A DNA stretch of 62,673 nt, the filler included, from Hausera hauseri (lineage: Eukaryota), in assembly GCA_046269625.1 (NCBI GenBank). It is 11 parts of 11 records of this genome, joined end to end, with 100 filler letters (N's around TTAATTAATTAA, not from the genome) between each part and the next. Parts side by side here need not be neighbours in the genome. Positions count along the whole stretch, not along the records: positions 8,763 to 13,557 come from JBJURY010433916.1; positions 13,658 to 19,337 come from JBJURY010207522.1; positions 19,438 to 28,006 come from JBJURY010595444.1; 8 more parts are not named here. The stretch is one strand, 5' to 3'. Position numbers and translations under genes: made by a program. A model generated the notes under the pieces. It saw only the letters and a list, made by a program, of their open reading frames with translations. It did not search any database and had not been told where the DNA came from. Positions 11,596 through 22,848 of this stretch are shown here, in pieces (within the stretch, counting starts at the first letter, position 1; each line of letters opens with the position of its first letter).

Positions 11596-11820
11596 GCCGC
11601 CACGAATATGAATGTGTACGTGAATAATGATAAATTTGGTTGAAGGAACAGAAAGGTTGCGAAAATTGCCATTAATTACAGGTAGGTTGTTATAAGTGAG
11701 GTAAAAGTCAGAAAAATTAGCGAAGTGCAGTACATAATTGTGCAAGTAATGTGCGTCTATAAAATACGTTGTATTGAGTGTGAGAAAATGACAATTATTT
11801 AGGAAGAATAAAAAGGAAAG
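11596..11820 (-). CDS. Ubiquitin-like domain with di-Gly (copy 2)
   Basis: aa 86-160 of ORF 11344-12075: LSFLFFLNNCHFLTLN...FSDFYLTYNNLPV...IIHVHIHIRGG, 75 aa, aligned to copy 1. Confidence 0.75.
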
Positions 11821-12021
11821 AGTCGGTGTTGGCCCTAATGGTTGATGTGGTGATTCAACAGACCGTGGCGTAGGACCCACTGACATGGGACAGACGATCG
11901 TGCAGTCGGTCACGCTGTGATGTACCCGAAACTCAACAGCTTCGTTGCGCGTACTGTGGAGAATTTCTGCCAATGAATCGGCATAACTTCTATTATTTGA
12001 ATAACTTTTAGGGGTCTGAAC

Positions 12022-12766
12022 AATGTCAAATCTTGTTATACATATATTTATTCTCATAAAGTGAGAGATTGCCATAAGGCCTATTGTCTTTGTTATTTTC
12101 GCTTAAATCAAGTGTGATGAGCTGTAATGTAGCAGCAAGGTGTTCAGAAATTGCCATACCGCCTTTGCATGTTAATTTGCAACATGGCAGACACGGCTTC
12201 AGTAATGAACGAATAGTCAACAAACCTGCACGACGTGAATGGACAGTATCACTAGAAATCAGATGGTTGTCAATATTGAGAAACTGTAAACGTTTTGCGG
12301 CCTTTAGTATATCGGCCAACGCTAAAATTCCATTGTAAGGTATGGAGTTGCACCGGGTGCTGAGACTAGTCAAACCATTTCCTAGCCTTTCATATTCGGT
12401 TCCATTATGTGGATGTATAGACTGATCACAAATACCATCAGCTATATGGCCTAACCTGTAATTCCATAGGGAATTATGTTTGATATTCAATAAATCCAAA
12501 TGGCGAATGATATTGAGCAAAAAACCAAATAGGACACCGGTGGACGGAAACATACGATTAAGTGTCAAAAATAAATCTATCAAATGACGATTTAATATCA
12601 GGGCTGAAAAACGTATTAGTGGGTTATATGAACAAAAATCTGAAGTATATAAATAAATCGGCCTTAAATAACAATCGCAAAGGAGAGCTATGTTTAAAGG
12701 GGGTGCTGTTGTGTCAACAACAGACATGTAATGAACAAAAACATGGCAAAAACAAGAAATAGGAAT
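12022..12766 (-). pseudogene. PPP1R37 (LRRC68)-like RNI-type leucine-rich-repeat fragment, intronless, upstream of UBL-Gag
   Basis: LDLLNIKHN...GLLTIRSLLKPCLPCCKLTCKGGMAISEHLAATLQLITLDLSENN, continuing after one frameshift as MAISHFMRINICITRFDI. Matches recalled PPP1R37 sequence GLISNRSVLRLGLASTKLTCEGAVAVAEFIAESPRLLRLDLRENE..MALSLALKVNHSLLRLDL. Confidence 0.75.
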
Positions 12767-12862
12767 CATTAATAAAAGGAATATTAAAAAATGTTTGCCA
12801 GATGAATAGTACACAATGATAAATCTCACCCCATCGTGCACCAGTATCTGTTCAATTCTTTC

Positions 12863-13111
12863 CTTTGGATTTGCGAAACCACTCTTGTCCACGGATGGCA
12901 TTCGAAGGAACGGTCGAATTTTCCATAAAACATTTTCATCATGCCGAATTGGAAGTAGTTCGAATTCGTAGGCACTGCAAAGAAGTTTTAAAAACCCTAA
13001 TATTTGTGAATTGGCCTGCAGTGATTTGCTGAACATTTCGATTGTATCATAATGAATGTAATAAAATGCAGAGATCAGTCCCAACGTGGTCGCAGGTACA
13101 TCAATATCGTC
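12863..13111 (-). pseudogene. Brr2/SNRNP200-type helicase fragment (start of second Sec63 region), fused in frame to the LRR fragment
   Basis: DVPATTLGLISAFYYIHYDTIEMFSKSL...EFELLPIRHDE...FANP versus Brr2 [28 protein letters not shown]...EYENIPIRHHE...FNDP. Confidence 0.82.
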
Positions 13112-13657
13112 CCACTAAATGATGTTGAATAAACTTTCATCGGCATTTCTTCATTGTTGTAAGCCGTATTTTCTGCAATTTCTAAATATGAAAGAAGCAA
13201 ATTCTCGTGGAGAATAGAAACAAGCACTTTCATGGTCTTGATTATACTCAACCCTCTGCAGTTGTTTGATAAGGGAACCCCAGCAGGAACCAGTAATCTG
13301 GCGATAAATTGCGACTGAAGAATGATAACTTGAGTGTTGCAGTCTATAATGTAATATATGTCATCATATACATCGTTAGATTCTGGTACGTTATTATCAG
13401 CACTGTTACTTCTATTAATACTACTGGTACTAACTGTTGAAAATAAAGTTTGTACAGGGTTGCAAATGACACCAAACCATTGGCATTTCGCTAAATCCAA
13501 TTTTAAGGTTTCCCCTGTTTATTATTTGAGAGAAGTTATAGAAACGGATAGAATCCGNNNNNNNNNNNNNNNNNNNNNNNNNNNNNNNNNNNNNNNNNNN
13601 NTTAATTAATTAANNNNNNNNNNNNNNNNNNNNNNNNNNNNNNNNNNNNNNNNNNNN

Positions 13658-16600
13658 AAATAAAGGATCCGAATTCAGGTCAGTTTTACCGAATAAAAGG
13701 ATATCAGTTCCAAAAGGAGGGTTAAAACAGTTAAGGGTATTACCAAAAAGGATGGAAATGGAGAAACAGTTAAAGGAACTAAAAAATGAGAGAGCAGAAA
13801 AACGAAAAATAGAGTAGGAAAAGAAAAGAATATGTTTCGAAGGTCCCAAACTAAGACAGATTATCGTAAAGACAAACCAAAACTTCCCAATCCTTATTGA
13901 TGCTAACGAAATGGAGACTATTAATACATTGAAAAGAAAAATATCCAATATGCTGCATAAGAATAGATAAAGCTATAATATATAAGAATAAAAGATGGAA
14001 CAATGATGAAATAATACAGAAGATCCCACATGGGACGGCTATAAGCATCAATAGTGGATTACAAGGAGGGAGTTTTAGTGAAAGTGAAGACTTTGAGAGC
14101 CGATTATTGGCTAAACATGAATTAAAGTACGAATTGATGGTACAGAGGAAATCGTTAATGAACAGAAAATTAACAGAAAATGAATTCCAATGCCAAAACA
14201 AATATGACGAGAATTTCAAGAAATTATCTATGCAAATCAGTGCACTGAAATTACTCGCTAGAAAATTAAAAAAAGGAGTTAGCGGAACTTATCGACGAAT
14301 CAAAAGACATCGAGGTACAAAATGAAGATATAGTAAAAATTATTCAAACGAGAGGTCTTATGACATTAGATGACAAATCAGATATAAAATCACGGAATGA
14401 ATACCTAGCACCAAAGTTAAAGCGTATCGGGCTTCCGAAATTCGGTGGAAACGTTGCGGAATTCGAGAAATGGCGACAGATTTTCAAAACTTATGTAGAC
14501 AAAACTTCGCTTTCGGATATAGACAGACAGATACAACTTGAAAATTGTTTGTATGGAAAAGCAAAATGCTTAGTTCAAAACTATGATCTCTCAGAAGATT
14601 CCTACAAAGCAGCTGTCGAAAAATTGGAACGATATTATGGAGGAACCAGAGAAATTATGCTTCCCTTATGTCGGAAATTATGAAATTTCAATATATATGT
14701 ACATTATATCAAAGAATTAGATTCCTTTGCAACGTTATTGGACTCAGTCATCATAAGATTGAAATATTTAGACCGTGAAACGGAGCTAGAAGGTGGTCTA
14801 TTATACCAAAATCTAATCCAAAAATTACCCGAAGTTATGGTGTTAACAAGGGAGCGAAGACAAAAACAAAAAACGGAACATTTAGAACTTGAAGGCGTGG
14901 GTAGAAAAGAAGCAGAGTTAAAGCGTATTTCTGCAGAAGGAGTTCATGGAATAAATGTCTTGATGCCAAGCAAAAATAAACATTCCGAAAGATTAGTGAA
15001 AAATTCCTTTTTTACCGATAAAAAACAGGAAAGTATAAGTCAACAAACAAAACTGATTTCGGTACTAAAGAAAAAGGAAATGAAAAAAATAATAATATTT
15101 GGAAAGAAAAAGAGGTCCAACGGAGACTCTGTGAATATTTCCTAGCTGGAAAGTTCCAATTCGGTAAATCATTCACATTTCGACGTGAAAAGAGAAATTA
15201 TAGTGGTTATAAAAATACAAATCAAAAGCCTTGTCCATATTTTCAAAGTGGAAATTGCAGATACGGTGAAAATTGTTGGTTCAAACATGGGACATTTCCA
15301 GACGTTTTAAGACGAAAAGCAAACTGTTTGGAAATCCTTGATGGAAAATTATACAAGGATGAAACTTCCAAAACCTCAATTGATGTTGACAGAACTATAT
15401 CACAATCAAACGATAATTCTTGCCAAACGAAGGAATGTGAATTCTCAGAGAGACGGGCTTATATGACGAAAATAGAGGATGATAAATCTGAAGTACAAGA
15501 TAAAATAGCTTTGAGAACGATATCAGTGTACTTGATCCACGGAACCAAGAAAGTTAAAGTGAATATGCTACTAGATGATGGTAGCACAGACAGTTTCCTC
15601 GAAGAAGACATTGTACGGCAATTGGAACTCAGTGGAGAGGAGGAGAATGTTACAGTGGCCTTAGTCGAAGGTATGCAACAGAAACAGAAAATGACAAGAG
15701 TCCACATGATATTGCAAAGTTTGGACAATAGCATTTGTGAACGGTTTAACGCATTATCCATAAAAAGCCAACAGGAAACATGAACGGTGTAAGCTGGGCG
15801 ATTGAAAAAAGTCGATGGCCCCACTTACGAGGTATTGCATTTGTAGAAGTGAGAGGAAATGAACACGTAGACGGAATCATAGGTGTAAATTACATACACC
15901 TTCACAAATCTATAAAAGAAATTTCAGGAAAAAGCGGGAGGGACAATAGCTAGACTGATTCCCCTTGGTTGGACATGTGTAGGAATTCTAAATGAACGGA
16001 AAGGCAGTTTCGTACGTAATAATTTAGTACGAACATACTGGACTAGGGTAGACGAAATGAACGAAAATATAAAAAGATTATGGGAAATAGAGAATTCGAT
16101 TGAAGAAAAAGAAACCTGGCCGAGATTGGACAAAGAAATTCTTCCGATTACAAAAGATAAAATGAAGAAGACTAAAGATGGAAGGTATGAGGTTTCTCTG
16201 CCCTGGAAAGACAAAAGGAAGAGATACCAAAGTCCAGACATATGACAGGAAAGAGACTCGAGTATCAGGAGAAGAAACTAAGCTCAGATAACTCGATAAA
16301 GGTAGCTTATGGGCAAGTGATTGAAGATTATATTAAAAGGATATGTGGAGTTAGTAGAAAAGGCGGAACATGAAACGAATTATTAGACGTTACCACATTT
16401 CCCCGTTCTGAAACCGGATAGGTCTACCATAAAAATCAGAATAGTGTTCGACGCAGTGAAATGGTAAAAGGGAAAAGCTTAAATGACTTGTTACACTCAG
16501 GACAAAAGTTACAGCAAGATTTAATAGACATTCTAATTCTTATGAGAAAGAATGAAATCGTGTTAATTTGTGACATAACTGAGATGTTCCTACAAATTAG

Positions 16601-18718
16601 TATTTCACCAGATGACAGAAAATTCGTACAATTCTTGTGGAGAAGGAATGGTAAGGTTGAAACGTGTCAATTCACAAGACTAGTATTTGGATTGAATGTC
16701 TCACCATTCTTAGCACCACTTGTGAGTCAAGTAAATGCAGATATGTTTGAGAACAAATACCCACAAGCAGTTGAAACAATTAGACAATCAGCATATATGG
16801 ATTACTGTATAGATTCCATTGAAATAGAAAGTGAAGCTATTAAGTTATATTACCAGTTGAAAGAAATCTGGGGAGTAGCAAAAATTTAGACCCATAAATG
16901 GTTATTGAATTCGGAACAATTGTATCGCGAGATACCGGAAAACGAAAAAGCAAAGGAATACGCCTTCAAAAGTGAGGCCAGTTGTACGTCTCAAACCTTA
17001 GTACTTAAGTGGAGTGTAAAAGAAGACTGTTTAACTTTCGACGGCGTAGTGAATCGCGTAAGTGGATTGACCAAAAGAAATGTCCTAAGTGCCTTAGCAA
17101 AAATATTTGACCCTTTGGGTCTAGTGAGCATTATCATTATAGTAGGTAAATGTTTATTGCAGGAAATGTGGTTAAATGGGTTTACTGGGATCAGGTGATT
17201 CCCGATGAGTTGAAAAAACGTACGGCGACATTGTTGGAGCAATTAACTGAAATGAATAAAATAAAAATAAGAAGGTGGTTAGTAATATATAGTACCAATA
17301 ATAAAGAAATCCATGCATTCTGTGACGCATCCAGCATAACTTATGAATCAGTAGCTTATATTAGGTGTATAAGTGACAGAGAAACGCTAACAAATATAAT
17401 TGAAGCGAAGTCAAAGGACGCCCCTATAAAACCTATATCAATTCCTAGGTTGGAGTTGATGACTGCATGCATAGGAGTGAATCTGTGCATAAATGTGGCG
17501 AAGATTTTACAAGTAACAAATGTAAAGATAACATACTGGAGTAACAGCATGAATGTCCTCTTTTGGATCAAACAATATTAGAAGAGCTATAAATCGTTTG
17601 TTGCTTCATCCAGTCGAAAAGCGAAGGGTCAAAATGGTATTACATCAATACTAAACAGAACCCAGCAGATTACCTCTCTCGAGGAACCACTGTGGAAGAA
17701 GTTACAAAATTGGATATATGGTGGGAAGGACCTATATTCCTAAAGTTGAAAGAAAAACTTTCGCCAGAACAACCAAAAATCCTAGAAAAGACAGAAATAA
17801 AGGAAAGGAAAATCATAAAAGCGTTCTCCATCCAAACAGATAAAAACATAAATACTACACTAATAGACAAGGAAAGAAATTCTGAATTGAGTAGGTATGT
17901 CCGGGAACAGATGTTGAAGGAGTGTAACAGAGACTTATCTAGAGAAGATGTTGTTATCAATATTATAAAGTATGAACAAGAACACTTCAAGAAGGAAATC
18001 AATCAACTTAAAAATGGGAAAGAAATAAAGAAGTAGCAAAATTCAACAAACCGCACCTATATTAGACAGTGATGGAGTAATTAGGATCAATAGTCGTTTG
18101 TCATTGATAAAGTACCTCGACTGGTACGTCAAGTATCCAATAATGCTATCAGAAAAAATGAAAATAACTAAGTTGTTAATAGAACACTACCATGTACAAC
18201 ATAGATATTGCGCTGAAATTAATCACATATACGCTGTGATAAGTAAATCGTATTGGTGTCCCAAACTCAGGAAGTAAATAAAGAAGGTTCAACATGATTG
18301 TAAGGTGTGCCGTAAAAATAGTGCCAAAGGAGTTCAACAACCAATGGCACCATTGCCAGAATTCCGTTTTCAAGAACCACTCAGAGCATTTAGTGTCGTG
18401 GGAATAGACTTTGCAGGACCAATTCCATTTAAGAAAGGCAGAGGTATGTCGAGAGAAAAAAGATACATATGTTTATTTATATGCCTGAAGTGTAGAGAGA
18501 TTCATTTGGAATTGGTTGTAGATCTATACACAGACTTATTTGTACCAACCTTATTGAGATTTATAAACCGTCGCGGAAAACCAAATACTATCGTGAGCGA
18601 CAATGGGACGAATTTCGCATGTGCAAATAAGGAAATTTGGGAAGTAAGAGTTGATACATATGCCGCAAAGCAACAGTTGGAGAAGAGCGAGATCCGATGG
18701 ATATTTAATCCACAAGAG
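13658..18718 (+). mobile_element. BEL/Pao LTR retrotransposon gag-pol, decayed and truncated in integrase
   Basis: DUF1759-like LPKFGGNVAEFEKW, protease LLDDGS, RT (DITEMFLQI, FGLNVSPF), Pao RNase H (FDPLGL, FCDAS, AKSKDAP, IPRLEL) and integrase (GIDFAGP, IHLELV, SDNGTNF). Confidence 0.95.
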
Positions 18719-19337
18719 TAGTGTGAAAATGGAGGTTCGGTCTCACCCGCCAGGGGAGGGGTAATCGATAAATCGGTTTTGCTCATGTGCTGGTCGATAG
18801 TGCACAGAGTGCACTATCGATCCAAAAAGTGTCTAGCAACGGTGCCGCTAGGCACCGTTGCTAAGGGTACTTTTGCACTTTTCACAAATCGATCGCTGCA
18901 CCGTGCAATATTGATCGAATCGATCGGGGCAAAGTGCTAATCGATAGTGCACATCAGTGCACATCGATTGATACAAGTTCAAGTGTGCAGCACATGTGCA
19001 AGTGTGCCAAAATCAATAATATTGGATTTTCGATAACTCTAAAATCGATGATTAGCACTCGGGACCGGGTGCAATCGGTAGCACATATGATGTTCTATGT
19101 GAATGTGCAGTTAGAATTTAAATCAATTGATTGGTTTTCGAATAATTTGCAAGTAGTGTAGAACCGCCACAGGCCTTCCCGCTATAAATTTTAAATCAAT
19201 GATATGAATATGACACATATACTGACGTGTGCAGCACTTGATGTAGTATTGAATAGTGCACTAATCGAGATTGGTATGCTTATTGATCGGTGTGCAGGAG
19301 CACTTTTTCACTTTGCGCACTTTTTGAGTTGTGCAGC
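18719..19337. repeat. Palindrome-rich non-coding repeat abutting the truncated Pao integrase
   Basis: Perfect hairpins at 18794-18820 (12-bp stem) and 18834-18863 (13-bp stem), with dense TCGA and GTGCA words. Confidence 0.55.
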
Positions 19338-19437
19338 NNNNNNNNNNNNNNNNNNNNNNNNNNNNNNNNNNNNNNNNNNNNTTAATTAATTAANNNNNNN
19401 NNNNNNNNNNNNNNNNNNNNNNNNNNNNNNNNNNNNN

Positions 19438-20560
19438 ATGTTTGCAAAACTGTAAAAAAATGCAATTATATGCAGATGAAACTGTATTGTATGTTCATAA
19501 AAAAACAAAAAAATGAAGCTGCTGCTGTGCTTTCTAGTGCCATGATGCCAGTGTCTCACTGGCTCTTGTCTACATCTCAACATTAAAAAAACAGTCTGTA
19601 TGTTTTTCTCTCAGCTGCCAGCGTATAATGAGCAACCACCTGTGTTGGTCAATGGCGAGACATTAGATGTGGTTGAACAATTTAAATACCTTGGAGTCAT
19701 TTTTGATTCCAATCTAAATTTCAAGCAGCATGTAAAGAGAATTTCACATATAATTAAACTTAATCTGGCAAACTTCAAACATATAAGACCTTCTCTGACA
19801 ACAGAATCAGCAAAGGCTTACATGCACGCTATGATATTCAGCCATATAGCCTATTGTCATACTACATGGTCTCATACTTCAGAGGCCACTATGAAGCCCC
19901 TAAAGTCTCTTTAAGAAAACACTAAAAATTTTTGATAAAAAGCTTTTACAGTATCATTATTGTAACATTGTAAAGAAGTACAACATTTTGGATTTTGATA
20001 GCTATCAGATTTTTATGGATGCTTGTCTTATTTTTAAAGTTTTAAATGGACTTGCTCCTCCTCCTTTAATGTATTTTATAAGTAAAAAGACAAGTAATAC
20101 AGTAAACACAAGATCACTGGCCAGAGGAGATTGTAATGTACAGCGGCGCAGGACTAAATTTGGCCAAATGGTGGCGTCCATCAGAGGCACGCAGTCGTGG
20201 AACACACTGCCAGTTCATATTAGGAACTGTAGCACCTACTCCAGCTTTAAAAACTCTTTGAAGCTTTGGCTAAAAACTAACCAGAGGTGCACTCATAAGT
20301 AGATTAATCTGTCTATCTTGTTACGGTGTCATATTTTTATTGTAATTTTATGTTGTGTTATATGTTGTATAGATGATGTATTGTATTATTTTCTGCTCTT
20401 TGTTTTGTGGGATGTTTCTTGTTCTTACCTGCCTTAGGACATCGGATGAAAATTAGCTGCTGTGCTAACTCCGGCATATTTACATTGATGCTTATTGCTG
20501 ACATGTTGATTAATATGCATTGTCCTAATTCAAATAAATAAATAAATTAAATAAATACAT
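19438..20560 (+). mobile_element. 3' part of an L2/CR1-group LINE (teleost-like)
   Basis: QFKYLGVIFDSNLNF, YMHAMIFSHIAYC, FKVLNGLAPP, WNTLP. 3' UTR ends in (TAAA)n. Confidence 0.85.
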
Positions 20561-20574
20561 AAAAAAATAAATGA

Positions 20575-22270
20575 TTTTTTTTAAACATATAAATTGTCTT
20601 CAAAGTTTTTCTGTCAATATCCAGATCATTCCACAATCGTATTCCCTGAATCATGACTCAGCGCTCTCTCACACTTGTTCTTAATGATGGTCTAATAAAC
20701 ATTTCTGTTCCCTTAAGGTTGGATTGATTTTCTTTTTTGATGAACTTTAATTGAATATTTGTGGGCAATGTTCCTTTATGGGCTTTATACATAACCTGCA
20801 AAATATTGTAATCAACCAAATCATAAAATTTTAATAATTTCAACTGAAGAAATAATGTACTTGTTGGGTGATTATAGCACTTCCTACTAATGATTCTTAT
20901 TGCCTTTTTTTGTAATATAAAAATCGGTTTTGTAATTGTTTTACATGCTTTTCCCCAAACTTCACTGCAATAAATCAAATATGGAACAATCATTACATTG
21001 TACAACATATACAAGGCTTTATCATTCAAAAATTCCCTTACTTTATACAGTAGTGCAATTGACTTTGCTATTTTTGTTCTTAAACAATTCACATGAGATC
21101 TCCATGTCAACTTTTCATCAATAATAACACCCAAGAACTTCATTTCATTAACTCTTTGAACTACAGTATTGCCAATGTTTAATGGGATTTCAATCATTTT
21201 CTTTCTATTACTGAAGACCATGTAATTTGTTTTCTCTAAATTTAATGACAGTTTATTTTGTTGGAACCAAATTTGTATTTCTGAAAATTCTGCCTGTATC
21301 ATTTTCAACATTTGCTCAATATCCTCACCAGAACAAAAAAATGTTGTATCATCTGCAAATAATACACATTTCAAAAGCCCTGACACATCAACTAGGTCAT
21401 TCATATATAAAATAAATAATTTGGGGCCCAACACAGAGCCTTGAGGAACTCCACATCCATTAATACAAAACTCTGATCTTATGTCGTTCACTTGTACAAA
21501 CTGTTTCCTATTTTGTAAATAACTAGCTACCCATTGTAGTGCTGATCCTCTAATACCGTATTTATTCAGTTTTTCTAATAGAATGCTGTGGTCAATTGTA
21601 TCGAAAGCCTTTTTTAAATCAACAAAAACACTTATACAGTACTGTTTTTGATCAACAGCCGTTGTTATTTCTTCTATCAGTTCCATAAGAGCCATTGATG
21701 TTGACTTATTTGTCCTAAACCCATATTGACTATTGCTTAAAATATTATGTTTGTCTATAAATTGATCTAATCTAGATACAAATACTTTTTCTAATATTTT
21801 TGAAAATTGTGGTAACAAGGATATCGGTCTGTAATTTGTAAACATACATTTCTCCCCATTTTTGTAAAGGGGAATTATTTTTGCTACTTTCATATTTTCA
21901 GGGAATATTCCTGTCGAAAATGATAAATTGCATATATATGTAAATGGTTCAATAACAAAATTCATTATATCCTTAACAAACATCATGTCCATGTCCATCC
22001 AATCTCTTGATCTTTTATCTGCAAGTTTTTTAACAGTACTCAGTATTTCATCTTTGTTAATGTCTCCAAGAAAAATGCTGTTGGAACAACCCATGATTGT
22101 ATGTCTCACATTACTATTTACATTTGGTATTTTGGCTGCCAGACTCGGGCCAACATTCACAAAGTATTGATTGAATTTGTTTACTATTTCATTTTGATTG
22201 TAGATTGTTTTGTCATTTCTAAAGTACTGTGGAATACCTGATCGTACTTTATGATTTTTAAAAAATATAT
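20575..22270 (-). mobile_element. CR1/L2-group LINE reverse transcriptase, nearly intact ORF2 segment
   Basis: ORF 20658-22445: NYRPISLL, QYGFR, DLKKAFDT, GVPQGSVLGP, FADD, KFLGV. Confidence 0.92.
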
Positions 22271-22294
22271 ATAAATAAATAAAACTTAACGACC

Positions 22295-22770
22295 AGAACC
22301 ACCTTATCAGGAGCCAGCAAAATGAAGTGGAGTTTTCCCTCGAAGATGAGAGGAGTATCCGGCCTTCTTGGAGTCCATAGCGGGGGTGCTGGAAGGTGCT
22401 CCAGCTGGGGGCTCCTTTATTCTGCTGGGGGTCTTCAATGCTCACATGGGTAACGACGGTGTGACCTGGAGGGGTGTGATTGGGAGAAACGGCCTCTCAG
22501 ATCTGAACCTGAGGTGTTCTGTTGTTGGACTTCTGTGCTAGTCACAGTTTGTCCATCACAAACACCAGGTTCCAACATAAGGGTGTCCATAAGTGCACGT
22601 GGCACCAGGACACAGGTCGTAGATCCATGATTGTGTTCCACGACTCAACTGTGGAGGCAGCTGCCCTGGAGCTGTGGCTGCAAGGTTGTCGGTGCTTCTT
22701 ACAGGACGCATCCTGGAACTGGGTGGTGGACACCCCGGGTTAGAGAGACTCAGAGTAGAGCTGCTGCTCC
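22295..22770 (+). mobile_element. Rex3/Expander (RTE-clade) LINE endonuclease fragment, teleost
   Basis: Nucleotides encode YPAFLES.., LLG(D)[34 protein letters not shown], characteristic of fish RTE elements. Confidence 0.8.
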
Positions 22771-22801
22771 TCCACATTTAACAAGAAAAACATCTGCTGG
22801 C

Positions 22802-22848
<47 letters not shown>
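22802..22848 (+). repeat. (GAT)n microsatellite
   Basis: Perfect trinucleotide run. Confidence 0.97.

Noticed and set aside
22270-22445. Novel N-terminal extension on the 595-aa LINE RT ORF
   Set aside because: It is the antisense read-through of an adjacent Rex3/RTE fragment.
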